Virus record (IMG/VR): IMGVR_UViG_3300017989_000002
Length of the DNA stretch: 64,000 bases
From: a virus
Strand: one strand, 5' to 3'
The notes under the pieces: generated by a model
The model's input: the letters and a program-made list of their open reading frames with translations, nothing else
Told to the model about the DNA's origin: nothing
Database searches by the model: none
In this document: positions 45,122 through 55,232 of the stretch, one piece after another
How the letters are laid out: each line of letters starts with the position of its first letter
Position numbering within the stretch: position 1 is the first letter of the stretch
Made by a program: the position numbers and the translations under genes

Positions 45122-48100
45122 GCAAGCCCTTCGTCGGCTGGGACCGGAAGCTCCGGCACTGGCTCCAGGCGGTGAAGGACCGCGGCTCGGCCCCGCCGCC
45201 GCACCACTGGATGACGTCTGACCGACGTCTCCGGTGTGCGGTGTGCGGGGACGTGCTCACGGACGGCGAGCTCGAAGATCACGTTCGCCGGACCGCACCG
45301 CGGTGCGCCGTCCACGCCCCCCTCATCCCTCCCATCGAGAAGGAGTTCTCGTGAAGACCTACATCCTCGTCCGCACAGGCCAGTTCGCGGACACCGGCGG
45401 CTCCTACTGCCACCAGATCTACAAGCTGCAGCGCAACGGCACCTACGCCCTCCTCTCCCGCGACAACGGCGACAGCGCCGAGTTCGAGGAGGGGCCGCTC
45501 GTCGACAACCACCCCGTCAGCGCCTTCGACGGCGGGACGCGCATCGCTGCGCTCACCGCCTGGGAGGCCGCATGAACCTGTTCTACGCTCAGATGCAGGA
45601 GCCCATCCCGGCATGGCTCTACCTGCTGACGGTGTTCCTGCTGGGCTGCATCCTGTTCCTCAACGCGCGGGTGAACCAGCGCATGCGATGGTTCTGGGCC
45701 GAGGAGCTGATGGAGGTGCACCGCCGCGCCCTGTTCGACTCCTCGCGAGACCGGATCGACGGCTCCTGGGCCGAGAACCTGGCAGTGTCCATCGGCGGCG
45801 CCTTCACCGTCAAGGCGCGGCGCGGCGGCTACGAGTACCATGTGACCGTCAAGGGCATGCGGTCCGGTCCCTGGGTGCCCTGCGAGGTGTGGTGCATCAC
45901 GTCCAACTACGCGACGGCCGCGGCTCGTGCACCGCGCCGCGTCAGCGTGCATGCCCGCTGCTTCCCGGACGGCATCAGCGACCGGTTCCCGACCGTCGGC
46001 ACCACCTTCCTCGGCCGACTCAAGGTCGAGAAGGGCTGCGCAGCCGAAGGCGGCCTGGTCTACGAGGAGGATGCTCATGCGAGACGTTCCTGATGCCCTC
46101 ACGGGCGAGGTCATCCCCGACCCGGGCGCTGTCGTCTACAAGGTGGTGCCCTGCGGTGCGCGCATCGTGCAGGCCCCGCCCTCGTGCCTGGCGGGGAACC
46201 GCTGGCAGGAGTCCTTGTCCGCGGCGGTCAGCGCCGTGCTCAAGGACTCCTCCTGGGCAGAGTGGGAGGCGCGAGGTCACACCATCGACGCCCTCGTGTG
46301 GCGCCGCACCCGGCTCTTGGAGGCAGGGGGACGTGCGAGGCATGGAGGTGGATGTACGACGATGTGCTGGATGTCCACACCTGGACGCTGACGTCCGTCG
46401 ACCTGTTCATCTTGGAGAGGACGACGGACCTGCGGCGCAGCGGGAGGTACGCGGGCCCGCACACCAGCGGCACTGGCGACCTCACGAAGGCAGGAGTCTA
46501 CATGGCTCGCCTCGACCACTGGCGAGAGCTCAACACCGGCGCGCGCCTCTCCAGCGACGCCATCAAGCCGCACCCCGTCCACGACCGCCTGGACGGACTT
46601 CGTCTCGACCTCCGCAAGAAGCTGGTTCGCCTCGAGCACCAGATCTCTCGGACCTTCCCTGACCACCTCCGCCCGGAGACGCCATGAGCCTCAAGACCGC
46701 CCTGATGGACGTGCTGACCCAGATCGACGGGTGCTGCCTCGACACCGAAGAGGAGCGGCAGCGTGCCTGTGACCACGTCATGGCCTGGATGCACACCGTC
46801 GTGCCCACGCCGCTGTACCCCCACGATCGGGACTGCTGCCTGTTCGCGGGGCAGGTGGTGCACGAGCACCACGGGCTGTGCGACGTGTACGAGTGCCCCG
46901 CCGCGTCCGCGTCCGACAAGAGGGTCTTCGGCGCCACCATCGTCGCCCGCTACGGGCCCGGCCCCGAGGAGTACGCGTCGATGGACGAGAAGATCCTCGA
47001 GAAGGGCCTCTCTCCCAAGTCGGTGCTCCGCGCAGCCCACGCCCTCGTCGTCGCCCGGCGCGAGGTTCACCCGCCGGAGGTGCTCCACCCCTCCACCTGA
47101 AGCCCACCCCACTGTCCGAGGTGCCCGGTTACCCTGCTGGGCACCCCTGGAGGACACTGTGACCACCCGTGGCGGAGACGCCCGCATCCTGACAGACCGC
47201 GAGTACGAGAGCCTCATCGACAAGTTCCCCTCGCTCCGAGACCGGATCGCCCTGCACCAGCACGATGCCCTGCGCCGTCAGCGCATCAAGGAGCTGGAGA
47301 CCCGGCCCGCCGAGGGGGGACCTTCCCTCCACGAGATCATCGGACTCATCCGTTCCCACGCCGACGGTCGCGAGACCACGGTGCGGGGCAAGACCATCCT
47401 CAAGCTCGCCGACGAGCTCGAGGCCACCTACGAGGCCGCCTGACGGCCTACCCCAGACCTGGAGCAACCATGCGACGCAACACCTTCCTCACCACCCTCG
47501 CCCTCTTCGCCGGCATCGGCGCATCCAGCGGCGCGCCAGAGGCCTCGGCCGACGGCAACGCCGCGAAGCCCTCCCCCAGCAACCCCGCGGGTCCCGACGG
47601 ACACCAGGGCGGCGGCGGCATCAGCATCGACCTGTCCGGCCCCGCCAACGTGCTCCGAGCCTGGCGCACGCCCGAGCAGGTCGAGGATCGCCTCCGCGCC
47701 GCCAAGGCGAAGCGGTACATGCGCGCGACCAAGCTGGCTGCCCAGGCCGGCTACAAGGTCGGCATGCCCGTGGTGGCGCTCCGTGACGTGACCGAGAGCG
47801 GGCACGAGGACCTCGCCAACCACGAGATCTCGCCGCCGGACACGAGCAAGGGCGAGAGCTTCGACCCCGCCTACGTGCACGGTGCCAAGGGCGAGCGAGG
47901 CGTCATCGTCGGCGTCGACTACGGCGGCGAGCCGACCGTGCGCTTCGAGCGGACGGGCACGGCCACCCTCGTGTCCCACGCCGAGGTCGTGCCGCTGCTG
48001 CCGCACGGGTTCAGCAGCAGCGTGGTCGCGAAGCGGCGGCTCGCGCAGGGCCTCGAGCTCCAGGCCGCCCTCGGCTGAGGTACGCTGCCTGATGCCGGGG

Positions 48101-48244
48101 AGTCACGCCCCCGGTCCTTCCGTCGAGGCGACCTGCTCACGACACCTCGCCCTCCAGTTCTGCCCGCCTCCAGGCCCCGTCGCTCACGCGGCGGGGCCTT
48201 CCGCGTTGACGGCCTTCTTCGGTAGAAGGGCGGGCCGTTTCGAC

Positions 48245-48261
48245 CGCATAAGGACTTGGAG
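48245..48261 (+). promoter_or_regulatory. CGCATAAGGACTTGGAG motif
   Basis: Exact 17-mer before the ATG at 48283. Confidence 0.7.
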
Positions 48262-48282
48262 AACATCTTCCCTGGAGACCTC

Positions 48283-50433
48283 ATGACCACCGAGCCTGTC
48301 CCCCACTGCACGCACCCCGAGCACGCCGACCACCCCGTCCACGACCGGCACCGCATCGAGGAGCGCGCGCGCATCAAGCGCGACAACTTCGCCTACCTGT
48401 ACGGACGCTCCCTCACGGGACGCATCCAGACCGCCCACCCCAACCCCGACGCGCGCCCCGGCGTCGACACCGGTCGCTTCCGGGACCACGAGCCGGAGAT
48501 GCAGCGCATCCCCCGTCCCTTGAGCCCCGAGGCACAGGAAGTCCTCGACCAGTGGAAGCGCGCCTTCCCGGGCGTCGACCGCTTCGGCAACGGCTCGAAG
48601 TCGAACTTCCCCCGGCGCGAGGACTTCGACAACGACGAGGACTTCGAGAAGTACGGCGAGGTCTTCGTCGGCATCGACTACGGGCAGAGCGAGATGCGGG
48701 TGCTGAGCTCCTTCGGCACCCCGCAGGACGTCCTCAAGCGCATGGACCGAGGCGAGCCCCTCTCCCGCATCCTCTTCGTCGACCACGGCCGTGCGGTCGA
48801 GATGGCGAAGAAGTTCGAGGAGGGGGCCAACCCCGCTGCGGTGTCGGAGTTCATGCGGCAGCACTTCCCCGACAACGTGCCACCCGACACCCAGGGCGCT
48901 CCCTACACCTTCGGCAAGCCGGCGCCTGCTGGCGAGATCAAGATGCTGTCGATGGGCGCACACGTGCCGGGTCCTCCACCCTGCTCCATCTGCGCGGCAG
49001 ACGCCGACCCGCCCACCTGCGAGCACATGACCGTGCCCGAGGGCTCGGAGCCGCTCGCCTCGGACGCGTGGCCTCCCTACGACGGCATGTGGATTCAGGA
49101 CGCTCCCGCGCACCAGCCTGACTACAGCCGTGACCTCTTCGCCATCAGCCACGACGCCGAGGGGCAGTTCCTCGACGCCGCCCGGCTGAAGAACGTGCAC
49201 CACTCCGACAAGGACCTGGACCGCTCGCGGCGGGTCTACGAGAAGCTGAAGGCGTACGCGCTGAAGCACGACCTGCCCGCGATCGTGCCGATGAGCTTCG
49301 TCCACGACGAGGTGGTGGTCGACGTGCCCAAGGGACACGAGGACGCCGTCGGCGAGATCTTGGCGGAGAACGCCTTCAGCGACGACCAGAAGGCGGTCAT
49401 CGAAGCCCTCAAGGCCGGGGAGATCAGCTTCCCAGAGGTCATGCTGCCCGTGTCCTGGGAGCGGCGTCCCTGGCTGAAGGAGCTCTACCAGCAGCCCTTC
49501 CGTCCGAGGGACGTCTTCATCCCCCCGTTCTCTCGCGGCAAGAGCACGCGCCTCGCCGCCGAGATGCTCCACGCCATGATGTACGACACACCCCTGGAGG
49601 CCCTCGTGAGCCCGAACGACAACCCTCACAGCGACCTGCCGCTGTACAAGAAGCCCGAGACGGACACCTTCGTGCCGCACTTCGGTCGCGAGAAGTCGGT
49701 GGCCGAGCGCATCGCCGAGGCGGACACCACGCCCACGAATTGGTTCTGCCACGCGTGCGAGGCGTCAGACGAGATCCCGTCGGACGACCCCGACATCAAG
49801 ACGTGCCCTGCCTGTGAGTCCGAGGACGTGACGGTCTACTCGCTCGACAAGGAGCACGGCGTCGGACGGTGGCAGCGCAAGCCCATCGCGGCCAGCTACC
49901 GCCGCGGCCTGTCCGCGACGCCGATGCGCGAGGACGCGCCCAGGGATCCGCGCGACACGCTGGCCTTCATCACCGGCTCGACGTCGTCGATGAAGACCAG
50001 CGTGCTGCAGGACCTGGCCAAGACGGCGGCCGTCCCCCGCTGGTGGTGCCGGAACTGCGACGCGAGTGGCTCCGACCGTGAAGAGCTGATGCGGAGCAAG
50101 CAGGGCGAGGACATCTTCCACTGCCCTGAGTGCAGCAGCGGTGAGGTCTCGTACCACCCCGGACTCAAGACGCGCGCCGAGCACCTCGTCCAAGTCGGCC
50201 TCTACGCGAAGTCAGAGGAGGCAGAGCAGGCCTCGCTGTTCGTCGAGATCACCCGCCTGGGGCCGGAGGGTCTCATGAAGGCCTTGCGCAACGTCGGCAC
50301 CGAGCCTTCCTGCGGAGCCTGCATGGCGGTGTTCTTCACCGGCACGAACCTCCACCCCCACACCTGCGACAACCCGCCGGTGGGCCTCGACTTCGAGACG
50401 ATGCCCACCGACCCAGGCGTCGGGGAGGAGTAG
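48283..50433 (+). CDS. Mosaic protein with PolA-like, helicase-like and Zn-ribbon motif fragments
   Basis: TGRF...PEMQRIPR, IDYGQSEMRVL, VHDEVV, GLSATP, CxxC pairs. Confidence 0.7.
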   Translation: MTTEPVPHCTHPEHADHPVHDRHRIEERARIKRDNFAYLYGRSLTGRIQTAHPNPDARPGVDTGRFRDHEPEMQRIPRPLSPEAQEVLDQWKRAFPGVDRFGNGSKSNFPRREDFDNDEDFEKYGEVFVGIDYGQSEMRVLSSFGTPQDVLKRMDRGEPLSRILFVDHGRAVEMAKKFEEGANPAAVSEFMRQHFPDNVPPDTQGAPYTFGKPAPAGEIKMLSMGAHVPGPPPCSICAADADPPTCEHMTVPEGSEPLASDAWPPYDGMWIQDAPAHQPDYSRDLFAISHDAEGQFLDAARLKNVHHSDKDLDRSRRVYEKLKAYALKHDLPAIVPMSFVHDEVVVDVPKGHEDAVGEILAENAFSDDQKAVIEALKAGEISFPEVMLPVSWERRPWLKELYQQPFRPRDVFIPPFSRGKSTRLAAEMLHAMMYDTPLEALVSPNDNPHSDLPLYKKPETDTFVPHFGREKSVAERIAEADTTPTNWFCHACEASDEIPSDDPDIKTCPACESEDVTVYSLDKEHGVGRWQRKPIAASYRRGLSATPMREDAPRDPRDTLAFITGSTSSMKTSVLQDLAKTAAVPRWWCRNCDASGSDREELMRSKQGEDIFHCPECSSGEVSYHPGLKTRAEHLVQVGLYAKSEEAEQASLFVEITRLGPEGLMKALRNVGTEPSCGACMAVFFTGTNLHPHTCDNPPVGLDFETMPTDPGVGEE

Positions 50434-52257
50434 ATGGCCGACTTCACCGTGATGTGGTCCTACCGGGACCGCCCCATGCTGGAGGATCTCGGCGCACCAA
50501 AGACCATCCCCATGCACCTGATGCTCGAACGCGAGCAGCGGGTGAAGCGGAACCACCAGCAGACGGTGGCTCGGCTTCAGCAGAGGGGCGGCCTGTCGGT
50601 GCGCGAGCTCGTGGCCGTCTTCGAGGACACCAGCGTCTTCGTGGATGGCCGCAGCATCCTTCGCCTATCCCTGTCCGCCGCCGTCGCGCGGCTGAAGGCT
50701 GCGCTCGCCGCAGCCGAGGAGACCTGATGCCCTACATGCCCAAGTTCCGGGAGACCGTGCCCCGCACCGACCTCCCACCGAAGGAGAAGCTCGACGACGA
50801 CCGGGGGTGGGAGGACACCCGCTACCGGTGGAACGACGAGGGTCACTGCAGCAGGGAGGCGTGCACGAGCCCCCACGACAACCGCATCCACCAGCACAGC
50901 GGCCTGGCGTACTGCGCCCGGTGCCAGGACCTCGTGAACCGCATGAACCCCGAGGTGCCCTCCCTCATCCAGACCATGCTGCCCGACGGCACGATGGAGG
51001 ACATGTGAACAGGCACCAGCGCTGGGTCCTGCACTCCGCCTACCCCGACGGAGGGTGGCGAGGCATCGAGAAGTGCATGGGCGACAACGACGGCAACCTC
51101 CTCCTCTTCGACACGGAGGAGGACGCGGCCGACCACGCACGGCGCAGCGGGTCGACGACCTACTTCTCGCCCCGGGAGGTGGAGCTCCGCACCCCGTCCG
51201 TCTGGGACAAGGACGACGACGATGACGAGCCGTCGATCCGGGGGCAGGCAGCTTCTGCCTTCGTGCGAACCTGGTTCCAGGTGAGCCGGCGGTACCGCAC
51301 GGTGGCCTGCCTGCCCCCGGGCACGACCGGTATCGAAGCCCTCGCGCGCGCGGCGCTGGAGGCCGGTGCGTGAACCCTGCGGCCCGTCGTCCCCTCGTGG
51401 GGCGGCGGGCTCGCGTCCTCCCCCCATCTTCACCCCGAGGAAGACGATGAACGACCCCCTGACCTTGGCTGACTGGCGCGCTGCCGTCGCCGGCGGCGAG
51501 ACCACCTCCAGCTTCGCCAACTGGCTGACCGTGCAGAGCCGCGGGCCCACACGCAACCACGTGTTCTCCACGACCCCCGTCCACGACCACTTCGGGCTGT
51601 CCTACGCCCACTACCACGTGGTCGAGCGCAGCATCCTGCAGTCCATGCCCGAGGCGTGGCAGCGCGCCTGGGTGTCCCTCACCCTGCAGCTCGAGGCGAT
51701 GTGCGAGCAGGTCAGCCTCTCGCGGCCCGCAGGCTACTGCGTCACGGCGCAGGACGAGGAGGGCATCACCCACCCCAACGAGCTGCAGGACTACCAGCGA
51801 GGGCGGCGAGACGTGCTGCGGGATCCGGTGGCCAACTGGAAGACGTTGGCCCAGGCCGAGTCCCAGGACGACGCCCTCAACAACGCCACCCTGGACGCCG
51901 GCGCGCGCCTGGAGGAGCGGCTGCTCCGTGAGCTCACCGCCGAAGAGCGGTTCGCGCTCAACGATCTGCTCACCGGCTTCCTGCAGGGAGACCTCGGGGA
52001 TGTCCCGGACGACGACGACGACGAAGGGGGTGCCTGATGGGCGTCATGAGCTGCAGCCGCCGTGCCTGCGAGAACATCATGTGCGACAGGTACTCCGGCG
52101 CATTCGGGTACATCTGCGACGAGTGCTACGCCGAGCTGTGCTCCCTGGGCATCATCGACATCGGCACCTTCATGGAGACCGTGCGCGGTCCCCGCGCGGT
52201 CCCCGAGGCCGTGGCCGCCTACTACGACAAGATCTTCCCCACCGACCCGGAGACATC

Positions 52258-53034
52258 ATGACGAGCGACGAGAACACGAAGGTTGAGGTGACCCCCACGG
52301 GGTCCGCGACGCTGGATGACCTGCTGGGCATCGGCGGCTGGCCGCGAGGCCGCGTGGCGGAGATCTACGGGCCCGAGAAGGCGGGCAAGACGACTCTGGC
52401 CCTGCATGCTGTCGCCGAGGTGCAGGCGCGCGGAGGCACGGCCGCCTTCGTCGATGCCGGGCATGAGCTCGATGTGGCGTACGCGACCACGCTGGGTGTC
52501 GACGTCGACCAGATGCTGGTGAGTCAGCCCGACTCCGCGGAGCAGGCGCTGGAGGTCGCCGAGGCGCTGTCCAGGTCCGGCGCCGTCGACCTGGTGGTCG
52601 TCGACCACGTGGCCGGCCTTGTGCCTCAGGCAGACCTCGAGGCCCAGCAGCAGGATGCGCTCCTGGGCCTGCATGCCCGGCTGATGTCCCAGGCGCTGCG
52701 CAAGCTCACCGCGGTCGCCCACCGCACCGGCGTGACCGTCATCTTCATCAACCCGACTCGCCAGAAGGTCGGCACGGTGTTCGGCAACGGCGAGACCACT
52801 CCGGGTGGCAACGCGCTCAAGTTCTACGCCTCCGTCCGGCTGGATGTCCGGCGTGTGGGTGCGATCACCCGAGAGGGCAAGCAGGCGGGTGCCCTCGTCC
52901 GCCTGAAGGTGGTGAAGAACAAGCTGGCCGTGCCCTTCCGGAGCGCGAAGGTCGATCTCCTCCACGGCAAGGGCTTCCGCGACATCGAGGTCGAGGAAGC
53001 AGATGCCGGGGGCGCACGTGTGGACCCGCAGTGA
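52258..53034 (+). CDS. recA: Truncated RecA homologue with altered catalytic residues
   Basis: [44 protein letters not shown]. Confidence 0.9.
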   Translation: MTSDENTKVEVTPTGSATLDDLLGIGGWPRGRVAEIYGPEKAGKTTLALHAVAEVQARGGTAAFVDAGHELDVAYATTLGVDVDQMLVSQPDSAEQALEVAEALSRSGAVDLVVVDHVAGLVPQADLEAQQQDALLGLHARLMSQALRKLTAVAHRTGVTVIFINPTRQKVGTVFGNGETTPGGNALKFYASVRLDVRRVGAITREGKQAGALVRLKVVKNKLAVPFRSAKVDLLHGKGFRDIEVEEADAGGARVDPQ

Positions 53035-53942
53035 GCCTGTGCGGACGTCGGAGGACCCGTTCGTCCGCTGCACGGTGTGCGAGAAGCCCAAGGCGCCCTG
53101 GGGCCGCGACGTGGCCGCTGCAGTGGCCAGCGACTTCTGCGAGGCTCCCGACTGCCCCGGCTACATGAAGGACCCCCACCCGGGCTTCAAGTGGCCGGGG
53201 GAGGACGCCGCTGAGGAGTGAAATAGGGCCTCCGCCCTCTCGCACAAGAGGTTGACGAGAAGGGCGGAGGCCCGAGAACTTCCACGGAGGCGACCATGTT
53301 CGACGACATCGCAGACCTGCGCGCAGCACTGGACGCGCGAGACATCCGGTACGACCAGATCACGGTGACGCGTGACGACGGGGAGTACCAGGCTGCCAAG
53401 CTGTACGCCGAGGACGACGAGGTCGGCCTGTGGTCGGCGCTGCTCATCGTGGGCGTGCCCGGCTTCCGCTACACGGGCGACGTCGACGACCCCGACGCGC
53501 CTCACGGCTTCCGCCCGGGGTGGCATGTCGACGGCGTGCAGCTGCGCCTCGACCGGTTCGGGTACCCCGGCCCGCAGGACGAGGCCGAGCTCGACGCCTG
53601 GATCTACTGGGTGGAGGAGGACCCCGACAACGAGGACGGGCACAGCCACCTGGTGCGCGCCTCCGAGAGCACGGACACCACCTTCATCGCGGCGGTGGCC
53701 TGATGCCGTACGTCAGCTGCGAGGAGGCGTGGTGCTACGAGCGGGCCCGCACCGGCGAGGACTGCTGGTCCGACCACTGGGTCCCCGACCCAAGGCCTCC
53801 CGAGGATGCGGAGGAACACGTCTGCGAGGACTGTGGCCTGGTCCACGTCCCCGAGCCGTGCTGCCCCGGCTGCCCCTGCGGCACCGGGAAGGAAGAAGAG
53901 GAGGCACCCATGCCACCGTCACGGTCAAACCCGTGACACCCC

Positions 53943-53969
53943 GCCCCGGCGCCGTCATGGCGTCGGGGC
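53943..53969. terminator. Hairpin between convergent blocks
   Basis: GCCCCGGCGCC-GTCAT-GGCGTCGGGGC. Confidence 0.6.
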
Positions 53970-54183
53970 ACCCTCGGCACGCTTCTTCGCTTCCTTCATG
54001 GCGTAGTAGGCGGCGCGCATGTGGCTGTTCTCCTCGCGCACCAGCTCGAGGTCGGCCAGCGCCTTCTGCAGCAGGGCGGCCGTGTCCGGTGCTCCCGGAC
54101 GGTTCTTCACCCTCCAGGCCAGCCGCCGCAGGGCCCTCTGCACTCGATCGATACGAGGGCACGTGGCTCCGGGAGGCTTCACG

Positions 54184-54744
54184 CTACAGCTTCTCGCTGC
54201 CCCGACCAGCGGCCCGCCTGCGGAACATGGCCGAGCTGGGCTTCTCGCCCCGGACCGCCGCGTTCCGGTTGCGGATGAGGCGGCTGCGCTGGTTCACGCG
54301 ACGAGGGCTGTTGGCGCCGGCGAGCTCGGCCTTGACCCGGGCCGGGTTCTTGGAGCCTGCCGCAGCCTGACGGCGGCGGACTTCGGAGATGGCGCCGGTG
54401 ATGCCTCCCACGCCGAGAGCCGCGGCGGCGCCCATCGCAGCGGCTTTGCCCTTGCTGGGTGGGCGCGAAGGGATGCCCATGCGGACGCTGTGGTGGTGGA
54501 TGTCTGCATCGTTCGCGAAGCTGCCCAGCGTGGCCAAGGCACCGGCGGCTCCGCCGGCGGCTCCTCCCACGCGCGCTCCGCGGCTCTTGTCCTTGCCCCG
54601 GGCCTCCATGTACTGGCGCTGCATGTTCTCGCGCTCGCCCGGCGACAGGGTGCGGTCCTTCTTCGCCGAGCGACGCATGCGCTCGTAGGGAGAGAAGGGG
54701 CCTGCGATCTTCTCCATCTCGGTGACGAACGCGTCGTGCAGCAT
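54184..54744 (-). CDS. Basic glycine-zipper protein with N-terminal DAFV.EMEK.A motif
   Basis: GGAGG RBS; MLHDAFVTEMEKIA; two Gly/Ala-rich hydrophobic segments. Confidence 0.75.
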   Translation of the reverse strand: MLHDAFVTEMEKIAGPFSPYERMRRSAKKDRTLSPGERENMQRQYMEARGKDKSRGARVGGAAGGAAGALATLGSFANDADIHHHSVRMGIPSRPPSKGKAAAMGAAAALGVGGITGAISEVRRRQAAAGSKNPARVKAELAGANSPRRVNQRSRLIRNRNAAVRGEKPSSAMFRRRAAGRGSEKL

Positions 54745-54793
54745 GGGGACCTCCGTGGACGGGAGCATACTGCTTCCAGATCTAGGATGCGAG

Positions 54794-54866
54794 TGGTCGG
54801 GGCCGGAGTCGAACCGACGACACCTGGTGTTTCAAGCCAGTGCTCTACCAACTGAGCTACCCAACC
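54794..54866 (-). tRNA. tRNA-Phe(GAA)
   Basis: GGTTGGG/CCCGACC acceptor, GCTC/GAGC D-stem, TT-GAA-AC loop, GGTTCGACTCC. Confidence 0.9.
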
Positions 54867-54870
54867 GGTG

Positions 54871-54947
54871 TGGCGGGACAGGGGGGACTCGAACCCCACT
54901 CGCAGTCGGATTTGGAATCCGCCCGGCTGATACCCCAGCTCTCTCCC
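54871..54947 (-). tRNA. tRNA-Trp(CCA), atypical D-arm, encoded CCA
   Basis: CGGA-TT CCA AA-TCCG anticodon arm, GGTTCGAGTCC, G73 plus CCA. Confidence 0.8.
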
Positions 54948-54953
54948 GGTGAG

Positions 54954-55034
54954 TGGGAGGAGTGGGGGTCGAACCCACCATGCCGAACGGCAGCCGGTTT
55001 ACAGCCAGCTTGGTCACCCCGACGCGTCCCTCCC
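54954..55034 (-). tRNA. tRNA-Tyr(GTA), long variable arm
   Basis: GGGAGGG/TCCTCCC-A, GCTGG-CT GTA AA-CCGGC, TGCCG/CGGCA variable stem. Confidence 0.9.
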
Positions 55035-55077
55035 AGAACGACGAAGCCCTCGGAGCTGGTGCGCCGAGGGCTTCATC
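55035..55077 (-). terminator. Putative attenuator terminator hairpin
   Basis: GATGAAGCCCTCGG/CCGAGGGCTTCGTC 14-bp stem then GTTCT, directly before tRNA-Tyr. Confidence 0.7.
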
Positions 55078-55098
55078 AAGGAGAGGTGCTGTCTCTCG

Positions 55099-55179
55099 TC
55101 AGGATGCCGGCGCAGTGCTCCGAGGGCAGCCAAACCAATAGGTGGCGGCGAGGAGGTTGCGCTGGCGGGTGCTGTTCAT
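55099..55179 (-). CDS. Leader peptide MNSTRQRNLLAATYWFGCPRSTAPAS (26 aa)
   Basis: ATG at the predicted +1; consecutive TAT TGG TTT match the three downstream tRNAs. Confidence 0.8.
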   Translation of the reverse strand: MNSTRQRNLLAATYWFGCPRSTAPAS

Positions 55180-55185
55180 GCCGAG

Positions 55186-55214
55186 ACCCTACTCACGCGG
55201 CGCGCGGGCGTCAA
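55186..55214 (-). promoter_or_regulatory. sigma70-type promoter TTGACG-N17-TAGGGT
   Basis: Near-consensus -35/-10 with 17-nt spacer; ATG follows 6 nt after the -10. Confidence 0.8.
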
Positions 55215-55232
55215 GGGGAAGTAGTTGAGAGA

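Noticed and set aside
19803-48261. Repeated 17-mer as a CRISPR repeat or att site
   Set aside because: Copies are kilobases apart, have no spacers and always sit upstream of start codons, which fits a promoter
48283-50433. Calling this a functional family A DNA polymerase or an intein-split gene
   Set aside because: Motif B and domain-scale spacing are missing, and no intein splice motifs were seen
54794-54866. Reading the tRNA as Ser/Gln or a suppressor (TTGAAAC region)
   Set aside because: Standard arm spacing puts GAA at positions 34-36 and there is no long variable arm, so it is Phe
55035-55180. T-box riboswitch as the controller of the tRNA operon
   Set aside because: Leader too short, with no UGGNACC T-box bulge or stem I; the ORF-based model fits better
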